A stretch of DNA of 64,000 nt from an uncultured delta proteobacterium. GTDB taxonomy: Bacteria > Desulfobacterota > Binatia > Binatales > Binataceae. Of the stretch, positions 27,848 to 38,599 are shown piece after piece. The position numbers were made by a program, and so were the translations under genes. Within the stretch, counting starts at the first letter, position 1. Each line of letters starts with the position of its first letter. Where the stretch lies: assembly GCA_963724765.1 (NCBI GenBank), contig CAVRVY010000003.1, positions 288,001 to 352,000 on the forward strand, written 5' to 3'. The notes beneath the pieces are model-generated. The model worked only from the letters and a program-made list of their open reading frames with translations. It searched no databases and was not told the origin of the DNA.

Positions 27848-28870
27848 GTGATGAAAATTTACATAAAGAAAAGTCTCTGGCTGTTGGGCTCCACAGTAGT
27901 TATTTGTTGTTTGATCTATCCGCTGATAGTATGGGCAATCGGACAGACGCTTTTTCCATTTGCAGCGAACGGGAGCATGGTGACCGGGCCGGATGGCAAA
28001 CCCGTCGGCTCGCTCCTGATCGCTCAACCGTTCACCAAGGATGAATACTTCTGGCCGCGGCCCTCGGCAGCGTCATACGACGCGTCCGCGTCCGCCTCAT
28101 CCACACTCGCTGCTTCCAACTATTTGCTCCGCGATCGCGTGGCGCGGATGCTCGGTCCGATCGTAAAGTATCAGAGTGGTCCAAAGGCTGGACAATTGGT
28201 CGCTCCAGACATAGAGGCGTGGTTTCAAGGAGATCGCTACCAAGGTAACCCGCATCTAGTCGCACAATGGGCCGATAACCATAATGAGCTCGCGCAGAGC
28301 TGGGTGAGCGCGGATCCGTCGCACGCTCAATATATCAGCGACTGGGCAAAGGCCCACAAACGAGAGGTCGTGGATTGGATAAAGCAGAACCCGGGGACTC
28401 CTAATCCGCAGCCGCCGGATCTAGCAGGGATCTTCTTCGACAACTTCTCCAAGGAGCATCCGGGCAAATTTCCCTCGCAGGTCACGACGCAGTCGCCAAA
28501 CGGCAAGACTCAAACCGTGATCGCGCCGGTTGCAAATGGCTCGGATATCCAGTCGACCTTTTTCGACATGTGGCGGCAGGACCATCCGGATGCTGACCTC
28601 GCCAATGTGCCTGGCGACATGGTGACGACTTCAGGCTCTGGTCTGGATCCCGACATCACACTGGACAATGCGGAATATCAACTCGACCGGGTGGCGTCGA
28701 AATGGGCAGCGGATCTGAAGCGGGCACCCGTTCAGGTTCGCAGTGAAATCAACACCATCATCCGAACTGATGTGTATTCACCGATGGGCGGACTATTCGG
28801 CGAGAAGATGGTCAATGTGCTGCAGCTCAACCTCGAATTGCGCAAACGCTACGGAGCCCCCCAAGGTTAG
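27848..28870 (+). CDS. kdpC: K+-transporting ATPase subunit C (long form)
   Basis: FPFAANGS, YFWPRPSA, DMVTTSGSGLDPDI, VNVLQLNL. Confidence 0.92.
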   Translation: MMKIYIKKSLWLLGSTVVICCLIYPLIVWAIGQTLFPFAANGSMVTGPDGKPVGSLLIAQPFTKDEYFWPRPSAASYDASASASSTLAASNYLLRDRVARMLGPIVKYQSGPKAGQLVAPDIEAWFQGDRYQGNPHLVAQWADNHNELAQSWVSADPSHAQYISDWAKAHKREVVDWIKQNPGTPNPQPPDLAGIFFDNFSKEHPGKFPSQVTTQSPNGKTQTVIAPVANGSDIQSTFFDMWRQDHPDADLANVPGDMVTTSGSGLDPDITLDNAEYQLDRVASKWAADLKRAPVQVRSEINTIIRTDVYSPMGGLFGEKMVNVLQLNLELRKRYGAPQG

Positions 28871-29037
28871 TCTAGTCAGTTGAGACGACCTGCTCATCTA
28901 TTGTCGCGCTGCGGAGCCTTTCGGTTCAAGTGTCGCTCGCAAGTCGCGCCTGTCGCCCTCGGGCGTTTAAGAAAGCGCGATTGTCCAACATTTGAAGTTC
29001 TCGGAGGGCGACTTGTAGCGTGACGAGAAGCGGGTCA

Positions 29038-29937
<900 letters not shown>

Positions 29938-30302
29938 TTATTACGCGGTTCTTGACTTACTGGCCTGATCGATTTGATGTTAGGCGCAATCGGTGATGGG
30001 GTTCCACCGCGAACCGCTCCCTAGTGAGCTGATGACCCCTACTGGTGATAAACACAGGTAGGGGCTTTTCTTTATGAAGGGCTCTACCGGAAAGACGGAG
30101 CCTTTTTTGATCGTAAGCATCCTGCATTTGCAGATTTTCGGACGTTCCGCAGGCGCCTGCCCGCGCCTTCACCGTGGTTGGGAGGACAATGCTTCATGAC
30201 GACGCGACACTCGCTGAACTGGCGCGTAGGCTCAGATCGCTGCTCGGGGGGATATTGCTGTGATCGAGGCAATCGCAATCGGCGCTCCGGCGATTCCGGT
30301 CC

Positions 30303-30644
30303 GTGAACTTCTGTTTGAGAGAGATCCCCTCCGGGATTTTTGAACCGCGACGGCGAGCGATTCAGGCGCTCGCTGTGCTTAAGGCTGCGAACGCGTTGAA
30401 TGGGTTTGTTGGAGGTTGGAAGCCAGCCTCAGACCCGGTCGAGCGTTTCGGAGACGAGGCCGTACTTGGCGCTGCCGCCAGGGCCCTTGGCGCGACCTTG
30501 GACAAAGGGACGTACTCTATACTTCTATCCGTTGCTCAAAGGTATCCGGTGCCTGGAATCATTGAAGCACTGGGATACTACAGACGCGTCGAATCGATTC
30601 CGATACTGGTCGCGCACGATTCAAACGATTACTACGAAGAGTGA
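30303..30644 (+). CDS. Hypothetical protein (possibly a gene fragment)
   Basis: 113-aa ORF upstream of the dynamin-like gene. Confidence 0.3.
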   Translation: MNFCLREIPSGIFEPRRRAIQALAVLKAANALNGFVGGWKPASDPVERFGDEAVLGAAARALGATLDKGTYSILLSVAQRYPVPGIIEALGYYRRVESIPILVAHDSNDYYEE

Positions 30645-30687
30645 AAGCGAGCGGGTCTGCGAAGCTCGACGCTCGGGACTGATCGAT

Positions 30688-31787
30688 ATGTCAGAAGCAG
30701 CGTCGCAGGTGGCCGATGTCGCGGGTGATGCGATCCGCCACTACGACGATCTCCAACTTCAGATCGCCACAATCGCGCAGACGGCGATGCTTCAGTGTGG
30801 GAAGGACAAGGACCCGGAAGGCGAACGCGTTTTCCAGCATTTGCTGGCGCGTTTGGTGGAGGATCGCTTCAACCTCGCCGTCGTCGGTCCTTTTAGCCGC
30901 GGCAAGAGCAGCCTGATGAACGCAATCCTGGGATTCGACGGCCTGCCTATCGGCATTCTCTCCCACACCTCGGTCATCACGACAGTGAGCTATGGGCCAC
31001 GGGACCGTGTTCTTGTTCGATGCGATGGGTGGTCGCTTTCTGAAGAAATTCGACTGGAGCAACTCGCACAATATGTTAGTGAACGCGGAAATCCCGGAAA
31101 TCAAAGGCGCGTGGCTCTGGCTGAGATCGAATTACCCGTTGAGATTCTGCGGCACGGCCTCCACTTCATCGATACGCCCGGTCTTAATTCGGCTATCGTT
31201 GCGAATACGGAAACAACCGAGCGGTTCCTCCCGGAGATAGATGCCGCAACATTCGTCTCCAGCTTCGATTTCGCCCTTAGCGAGGCCGACATCGATTTCC
31301 TCCGAAGGATTCGCGCGGCCGTCGGTGTCGTGTTCTTCGTCCTCAACAAATTGGATCTCGTCTCGGAATCCGAGCGCGAAGAAGTCGCGAGATTCGTCCG
31401 CGAACGGGTGGATCGTGAACTGGGCTTCGGACGCCACGCCCTCTTTACCGTCTCCGCGAAGCGCGGGCTTGAGGCGAGACTGCACGGCGACTCGAGGGCC
31501 CTAGCTCAGTCAGGGTTGGCTGAACGGGAAGCCGCGCTGGCGGCGTTCATGACCGGCGCAAGACTCGCCAGTTGGCGGTGCGCATGATGGACCGGCTCAT
31601 TGCCCTACTGCAACGCGAACGCGCGCATGCCGGTTTCGCACTAACCACAAACCGGTCGCCTGAGGAGATCTCCGTGAAGCGCATCAAGTCGGACTCGGTA
31701 AACTTTCGGGCGACAGGCGGTTGGCCTTGGCGCAGAGGGAAGATGATCGATTCTGAGCGAAGTCAGAGCGCTGGAACGCATCGATAG
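30688..31787 (+). pseudogene. Bacterial dynamin-like GTPase, probably frameshifted/truncated
   Basis: GPFSRGKSS (G1), DTPG (G3), NKLD (G4); ORF ends at 31587 and a helical continuation runs in another frame (31572-31787). Confidence 0.75.
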
Positions 31788-31804
31788 CTCAATGGGGTTG
31801 TTGG

Positions 31805-33013
31805 ATGAATTCGCGACAAGGACTCGAAGAACGTGATCTTGAAGCGGCCGAAGCGGGCGAACCGTGGCTTAATCGCAACGTTGTTGGAATGGGAGTCTCT
31901 AGTTTGCTCTCAGACTGGGGCCACGAGATGGCGACCGCGGTCCTGCCGCTGTTTATCGTGACGATCGGTGCGTCCGCTGCCGCTCTGGGGGTAATTGAAG
32001 GTGCCTCCGACGGAGCATCCACTTACACAAAGCTCGCAGGTGGACGGCTTGCCGATCGAGTGGGAGTGCGGCATGTCGCTGCGACTTTCGGCTATCTGAT
32101 AACTGGATTGGCGACGGGTTCATTTGCACTTGCTCAGAGATGGTTCGAATTGCTGGTCGCCCGAACGGTGGGATGGATGGCGCGCGGCATACGTGGACCT
32201 TGCCGCGACAACATGCTGGTCGAATCAGTTCCGGCCGAGAAGGTCGGTACTGCATTCGGATTCCATCGCTCGTTCGATACGCTCGGGGCGATCATTGGTC
32301 CGCTGGTCGCGATGTTCCTGCTGTATCGGATCGGTTTCCGCGGCATCTTCGTACTGAGCCTCGTGCCGGGAGTGTTGTCTGCGGTCTCATTCTTTTTCCT
32401 GGTCCGTGAACCTGGGGCAGACCATTTCGAAAGTCCCCACGTGTTTCCCGGGTGGAACGCGGCGGTGCCGCCAGCATTTCGACGTTTCCTGCTAGCAGTT
32501 GGCACCTTCGGGATTGGCGACTTTGCGCAGAGCATGCTCATCCTCCGCGCGGCCCAGTTGATGGGCTCCTCGGCCAAAGCAATGAGCGTCGCGGTTGGCC
32601 TGTACGTCGTGCACAACATTGCGCACGCGATATTCGACTATCCGATCGGCGTCGCAGGCGATCACTATCAACGGCGCTATCTGCTCGCGGCGTGGTACGT
32701 CGTAGACGTGTTCGCGGCCGTTGGTTTCGCGCTCGGACCGACCGGCCTCCCATCGCTGGTAGTGCTTTTCATTCTCGAAGGCACGGTGATGGCGGCTGAG
32801 GAAACGCTTGAATCGGCGGTGGCCACCGATCTTTTGCCTGCGGATGTCCGTGGCACGGGTTTCGGAATCCTCGCCAGTGTGAATGGCGTCGGCGACTTGG
32901 TGTCGAGCACCGTGGTCGGACTACTGTGGACTCATGTATCGGCTAAAGCCGCCTTTGGCTACGCCGCCGTGACGAGCACAATCGGCTCAGTACTGCTTTT
33001 CCTGGCGGTATGA
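31805..33013 (+). CDS. MFS transporter
   Basis: GRLADRVG motif A; about 12 TM segments. Confidence 0.9.
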   Translation: MNSRQGLEERDLEAAEAGEPWLNRNVVGMGVSSLLSDWGHEMATAVLPLFIVTIGASAAALGVIEGASDGASTYTKLAGGRLADRVGVRHVAATFGYLITGLATGSFALAQRWFELLVARTVGWMARGIRGPCRDNMLVESVPAEKVGTAFGFHRSFDTLGAIIGPLVAMFLLYRIGFRGIFVLSLVPGVLSAVSFFFLVREPGADHFESPHVFPGWNAAVPPAFRRFLLAVGTFGIGDFAQSMLILRAAQLMGSSAKAMSVAVGLYVVHNIAHAIFDYPIGVAGDHYQRRYLLAAWYVVDVFAAVGFALGPTGLPSLVVLFILEGTVMAAEETLESAVATDLLPADVRGTGFGILASVNGVGDLVSSTVVGLLWTHVSAKAAFGYAAVTSTIGSVLLFLAV

Positions 33014-33438
33014 CGATGAATGGGTCTCACATCAGAAGGATCTCGATTGTTATGCGGGCGCTGGAAGACGCCACAGTCGAAATTGAAGATGCCTGCAAGA
33101 TTCACGGCAGACGTACGCGCCTGTTGATTGCGTTTGAGGACGATATTGCCGACTCTGTGAAGCCAATAATTCTTGGTAAGCTGCGGCAGATTAAGTCGGA
33201 GATTCAAGACCTGAAGACCTACTACGATTTGGAGTCGATTACGTTCTCCAGCCGGCGCCATCTTTCAACGAAGCTTGTAATCCTGACGATCGATCTGACC
33301 GAGTGTCTTTCGCAGTACCTTCGCAGCTACGGTGAGGTTCCAGAAGAGGAACGGGCCCCGCTCGACGAGCGGGTATCACGATTGGAAGCGCTCGTGAACG
33401 AAGTGAGCAGACTCGTAGGTTCTAATCGCGCAGCGTGA
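33010..33438 (+). CDS. Hypothetical helical protein
   Basis: ATGA overlap with the MFS stop. Confidence 0.6.
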   Translation: MTMNGSHIRRISIVMRALEDATVEIEDACKIHGRRTRLLIAFEDDIADSVKPIILGKLRQIKSEIQDLKTYYDLESITFSSRRHLSTKLVILTIDLTECLSQYLRSYGEVPEEERAPLDERVSRLEALVNEVSRLVGSNRAA

Positions 33439-33578
33439 TTTCCAACGTGAGGGCCACACTGCATGGAACTCAATCGCTAGAACACTTGAAGTTTATTCAG
33501 TCGGGGTGGTGCGGGAAAAGACTAAGACATTATCGCCGGACATTGAGATATTCGAGTCGAAATGTCCGAGAGTCGCCT

Positions 33579-33622
33579 ATGGCATTCAGGAGGTCGCGCG
33601 TTCGATCCGCGTCAGCTCCACC
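33579..33622 (+). repeat. att site: 3' half of tRNA-Ala(GGC), copy 2
   Basis: 44 bp identical to 14669-14712. Confidence 0.9.
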
Positions 33623-34287
33623 CGTAAAATCAGATTACTTTCGCTGCTCAGACGTCGACGAATGGACGGCTTGCCCGCAATTCTGTCCTCTTTGTCAAGC
33701 GGCGGCGCCGACATTGAACGAGCTGTGTCTCGAACGCAGCGGATGTTCGATATGCTTTGCGGGTCGCATCTTCGTAGTCCGCGAAACGGGCCCGATAGTT
33801 CCCTCTTCTCCTGTGAAATACCTCGTGTCGATGACTGCGGCTTTCAGTGGCGACTGCGCTATTCTTCGTGCCTCCAGGCTCGTAGCGGCCCACGAGTCGG
33901 ACCGGCACGTTACAAACCGGTCGCTCCGGGGATGAGCGCACAAATCGCGCGTGTAGGGGCGATGCGCCCGCCACACCCGCACCGCGGGAACTCATATGTC
34001 GAATCATGTCGCGTCACTTAGTTCCGTCTCTGTTCCGTTTCGCCACAGAGGCGGGTTTCGCACATAAGGGTCGACCAATCATTGATCTTCGTTATTGACA
34101 TAACCAAACGCCTGGATGTTTCACTGGCCTTGTGCATCGCACTTAACGTAGTCTAAGAAAGTCGGGATCGACGTAAAAAGTTCAGTCCGACCTTGATCCA
34201 GCCCACGGTGGCCATTCCGCTCGCCTTTGACCACTTTTCGCTAGACCAACCCAAAGCGTCCGCAAGCACAGGCCTGACCGAAATTCG

Positions 34288-34614
34288 TTGGTATCTTTTT
34301 ACCTTTCTGTGGGAAGCGTTTGTGAGGCAACAAGAATGGCAATTAATGATGATGCAGACACTATCGTGGCAGACACTCAACCGGTAAAACCTGCGCTGAT
34401 GGCAGAGCTGACATGGGCCAAGCTATACACAAAGGCAATGCACAAGGATTTAGGCGCTATTTCTACGGCTATTAGTAAGAGTGAACCGACTGCTGCCGGA
34501 CCGGAAATGAAGAAGAGCGCGGAGAAATTACACGATCAGCTGCAGAGCGCGAATCGCACTGTAGGCGAACTCGGCGATCGTGCTGGCATTAAGCACATGC
34601 CAGTTAAAGAATGA
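34288..34614 (+). CDS. Hypothetical protein
   Basis: 108-aa ORF; likely real start is MAINDD. Confidence 0.4.
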   Translation: MVSFYLSVGSVCEATRMAINDDADTIVADTQPVKPALMAELTWAKLYTKAMHKDLGAISTAISKSEPTAAGPEMKKSAEKLHDQLQSANRTVGELGDRAGIKHMPVKE

Positions 34615-35118
34615 CCAGGTTTAAAGGTTGTACCAGGCCGCGAGAGAGCCAGGTCAAGGCCATGGCTTTTTTGGATAGCACTGATGTCGGAGCTGACATG
34701 AGTCACGCTAGACACAAAGGCAGAGCCTACGCCTGCGGTGCCCATTAGGGCGAAGAAACTCCGATAAGTGGTCGCGATTTCATAGCATTGAGATTGCCGG
34801 CTGGCATCCAGTCGTCCCCGGACAGCGGCGCCACGAGAGAACTGTCAATGGACAAAGTTTTGCGTCCCAGATCCTGTGCGCAGCCGTGTCGCCCCAAAAT
34901 CAGAGCGAGGCGCAGGTATATGAGAAGCCTCTTCTCCAGAGCACGCAAATCAAATCAACAGGCGCAAGCGGCGCTTGCTAAGAAGCCGAGAACTGGCGTT
35001 AGTACTACCCGCTGTGCAGCAATGCCATACCGCCAGGCACAATGATCTAAGGCCGACGCAGGCCGTATTTCACGTGACCGCCAAGCGATTGCACCCAGCA
35101 ACTTCCTAATCAGAGCTG

Positions 35119-36615
35119 CTACAAGGGTCGGCCGGTAGCCCTATTTACTGCGGCCTTTGCCACTGAAAACCCGTACAAGGCGCCAGCGTACGCGGCATCG
35201 TCGTAGGTGTAGTAACGCTGAGCGTCTTCCAATTCCACGATATTAGTCAGGCCTGTTTCGTAGCGTTTCTCCGCGAGTTCGAGTTCAACCCGCGAGGCTG
35301 CCAGCGCCTTCTCGGCCCGGCTGATACGCTGCAGGGCAGCCTGTAAATTCAAGAAGGTGGTCTGCACCTCAAGAATGATTCGCTGTTGCAGATCTTCGAT
35401 CGCGTCCCGAACTGCGCGTTGTTTGGCGTTGCTTTCGGTTATCTGATCGGTCGTGAGAAAGCTGTTGAAGATCGGCCATGTAATGAGGATGCCGACGTTG
35501 TAATTGTTGGCGGCCGGCAGCCCGGTGCCCATGGTCGAATAACCGCCTACCGCGCTGGCCGTAGGATAGTAGTCACTTCTGTACTCGACGACCTGAGCTG
35601 CGAGGGCCTTCGCCTGTTCGTCGAGTGCTTTCAAATCCGGCCGTTGCCGCATGGCGATCGCCAGCAGCGGTTGCAATTTCTCTTCGACTGGCGAGTACGT
35701 CAGGACGTCTGCGAGATGGTACTCAGGGGCGCGGTCGCTTAAGCCTAGCGCGTTGTTGAGTCCGACCTTGGCGTCCGCATAGTCATTTCTTGCGTCGACC
35801 AGATGAAGTTGCGCTCGCTCAACTTCAGCCTGCGTAACATAGACGTCGAGCTGGGGGCGAAGCCCCGCGTGAGCCTTCACCTGTGCTTCGTGCAGATGAT
35901 ACTGGCGTTGTTCCACAGCCTTTTCGTAGACGCGGATCAACTCCTTGGCCTGAAGGACTTCAAAATAGCGCTGCGAGACTTCGAAGATCAGATCGAGTTT
36001 GTCAAGTTGCTCAGACGCTGCAACCGAGGCGGCTTCGAACTTGCGCTGAGCGACGAAGCCGTGACGCCGCCCGAAGTCGAAGAGAAACTGAGAGACAGCC
36101 ACTCCCCCCATGTAATTGTTGCTGGTATTCCAACTCTGCGAAAAGTCGTTGATAGGCAAATCGTGGTTTATCCCGGTCATTCTCGGGAATGCACCCTCCG
36201 CGTCGTAATAACTCGTGTTTGCGACACCGTTCTCCGTGCTACCCAAATCCTGGGCAATACCGAAGACCTGAGGCCCGAGAAACGAACGAGCCTCGCCGAT
36301 TCGGGCGGTAGCGGCATTCGTATTTTCCGCCGCTTCCTTGATCCGCGGATGATACTTGAGCGCGATGGAAATCGCTTGCTTAAGCGTCAGTTCGGACCCT
36401 GTGGATATCGGCACCGCGGTTGGCGTGGTTCCGGAGCTCTGCGGGACAGTTAGAGTGGTCGACGCTGGCCAAACGGGAGACAACGGCGGTATCGTGGTCA
36501 AGAAGTTGGTGCCGGTTTGGCCCGTGAAAGTGCTGCCGGTCCCCGCTGCGGTCGCATAGCCGCGCGCAAGCGACAGAATGCACACGAGAAGCGCGAGAGT
36601 ACGCCGGTAGGCCAT
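35119..36615 (-). CDS. TolC-family outer membrane efflux protein
   Basis: Signal peptide; LTLKQAISIALKYHP, RPDLKA and AEKRYETG OEP repeats. Confidence 0.92.
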   Translation of the reverse strand: MAYRRTLALLVCILSLARGYATAAGTGSTFTGQTGTNFLTTIPPLSPVWPASTTLTVPQSSGTTPTAVPISTGSELTLKQAISIALKYHPRIKEAAENTNAATARIGEARSFLGPQVFGIAQDLGSTENGVANTSYYDAEGAFPRMTGINHDLPINDFSQSWNTSNNYMGGVAVSQFLFDFGRRHGFVAQRKFEAASVAASEQLDKLDLIFEVSQRYFEVLQAKELIRVYEKAVEQRQYHLHEAQVKAHAGLRPQLDVYVTQAEVERAQLHLVDARNDYADAKVGLNNALGLSDRAPEYHLADVLTYSPVEEKLQPLLAIAMRQRPDLKALDEQAKALAAQVVEYRSDYYPTASAVGGYSTMGTGLPAANNYNVGILITWPIFNSFLTTDQITESNAKQRAVRDAIEDLQQRIILEVQTTFLNLQAALQRISRAEKALAASRVELELAEKRYETGLTNIVELEDAQRYYTYDDAAYAGALYGFSVAKAAVNRATGRPL

Positions 36616-36671
36616 AAGTTCACTCCACCAAGACTATGGATTTGGCAAGCGATGTTTTCCTGCTCATTGCT

Positions 36672-37832
36672 TCAGCCGACGCCGCCAGACAAGCCACTTG
36701 CTTCATGGGTGACCTTGCGCAGGCTGAAGCGGACCCGTTCCCCGGGGCTAAGCGCATTACTATAGGTGCCGACAACCAGTGATTCATCTTCCAATCCCGA
36801 TGTGACTTCCACCTGACTCCCATCATCGATACCGGTCGATATGGGAACCGCGGCTATGCGGCCTCGCTTGACAACCAAAACGCGCGCCGATTTTCCATTG
36901 CCCTGAATCGCAGCAGCCGGAACGCTCATGGCGTCGGAATGACGAATTAAGTCGAGAGTCACATGCGCATAGCTTCTGGGATAGAGCACGTGAGCCGGAT
37001 TATCGATATCGACCTCGGTCAGCATCGTTCGCGTGGCAAGGTCCAGCGAGGTCGCATATCTCGCCACTGACCCTTTGAACACGCGATTGGGGAATTCGTT
37101 GAAGCGCAAAATCGCCGGAGTTCCCCGGTGTATCAACGGATACGATGTCTCCGGGACATACACATAGACGCGCAGCTTCTCAATGCCCGCGAGTGTGAGA
37201 ATGGGGCCGCCTCCACCGCGGTGGCCGCCGGCGCCTTCAGTCGCACCGGGAGAAATCAATCCGGAGGTCTCGTCGATTCCGAAATCGCCGCCGCCAGCAC
37301 GGATCAAAGCGCCTGGATCGGCGAAGCGTCCCGTAATCACTCCGTCAAACGGCGCGACAATTCTCGTATATTCGACCATTGTTTGGAGGGTTCGCGTGGC
37401 GGCCTGTGTCTCCTGATATTTGGCGTAAGCCATGTCAACATCTTCTTGCGACACGAGCCGAGGATCGTTCTGTTGCACGTGTTTCAGCCGCTCGTAAGTA
37501 ATCCTTGCTATATCCAAATTTGCTTGTGCGCGAGCGAGGTTGGAACGGAGTTCTGGCACTTGAATCTGCGCCAATACCTGTCCTGCCTTTACCCAATCGC
37601 CCTTGTCCACGCTGATGGATTGCAGATAGCCGGTGACTTTGGCATGCAAGGCGGCTTCATAGAAACCCACTACATCACCAGGCAACTCGATGGTACGCAC
37701 CATCTCACCCCGTTGCGGATGAATGACGCTTACTGTAGGGTCCGGTGGATCGCCGCTCGGATCAGGTTTCTTGGCACACGCCCACGCTAGCGTGGCCATA
37801 GCCACGACGATCATAGCCATTTTTACGTTCAT
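36672..37832 (-). CDS. RND efflux periplasmic adaptor (MFP)
   Basis: Lipoprotein leader; AKVTGYLQSISVDKGD and IVAPFDGVIT lipoyl motifs. Confidence 0.92.
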   Translation of the reverse strand: MNVKMAMIVVAMATLAWACAKKPDPSGDPPDPTVSVIHPQRGEMVRTIELPGDVVGFYEAALHAKVTGYLQSISVDKGDWVKAGQVLAQIQVPELRSNLARAQANLDIARITYERLKHVQQNDPRLVSQEDVDMAYAKYQETQAATRTLQTMVEYTRIVAPFDGVITGRFADPGALIRAGGGDFGIDETSGLISPGATEGAGGHRGGGGPILTLAGIEKLRVYVYVPETSYPLIHRGTPAILRFNEFPNRVFKGSVARYATSLDLATRTMLTEVDIDNPAHVLYPRSYAHVTLDLIRHSDAMSVPAAAIQGNGKSARVLVVKRGRIAAVPISTGIDDGSQVEVTSGLEDESLVVGTYSNALSPGERVRFSLRKVTHEASGLSGGVG

Positions 37833-37905
37833 ATACTCACTCTTCCACCTGGCTCCTCCCAAACTTCCGTAATCACTCACTCTACTAAGGCCTCGGTCGT
37901 CAAGG

Positions 37906-38558
37906 CTATAGGAAGCAAGCCCAACCACTGTGGCCAGAGACGGTAATAAGAATCAACCACATCCGCATCCTCGCTGAGTCCACCATAGCCTTACGCAAAT
38001 CGTCGCCCTGGCGCGCTCGCTCATTGGCGAAATCGACCAAAAGAATGGCATTTGTGACCGCGATCCCAACCATATAGACGACGCCCATCAAGGACTCTAT
38101 GTTGAGCGTCGTGCCTTTCGCCCATAGCGTCCAGACTACCCCGATCAGGCCCATTGGCACCGCGAACATGGCAATGAAGAGGTCGAGAAAGGTGCGGAAC
38201 TTGCGCCACCATCACCAAGTACACCAGGATCACGGCTATGAATAGACCGCAATCCATACTTGCGAGGGACGAGCGCATCGCCACAATCGCGCCGCGATAG
38301 TTGACCGAGACGCCGCTGGGCAGACCGAGACGGTGGAGCGCTTTTTCGATGGCGTTCTGCGTCCTGCCAACATCCTCGTCGCTCGGCGACACGAGCAGAT
38401 CCGGCATGCCCTGGTAAAACGTCGCCAACATCACTGCCGGAATTTTGATGTTCCGGAGGACGTCGACTAACATCCGCTTGAACGCCATCGCCCAATATCA
38501 TCACGATCGGCGCTCCGACGATTATCGTGTACGAATTACGCAGAAACACACTTGGCAT
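37906..38558 (-). pseudogene. Collapsed second RND permease (large internal deletion plus frameshifts)
   Basis: N-terminus parallels the upstream permease, then jumps from YQGMP to DLLVSPS and the C-terminal TMs. Confidence 0.85.
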
Positions 38559-38599
38559 TTTATGCTGTTCTCATCTGAATCTTCACGCTGCCACACGGG

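Noticed and set aside
33435-34021. ORFs spanning att copy 2, including a possible integrase N-terminal relic on the minus strand
   Set aside because: They read through the tRNA fragment; the resemblance (EARRIA) is too weak to call
36963-36972. ATGCGCATAG partial match to the palindrome
   Set aside because: Inside the MFP coding sequence with only 10 matching bases; consistent with chance
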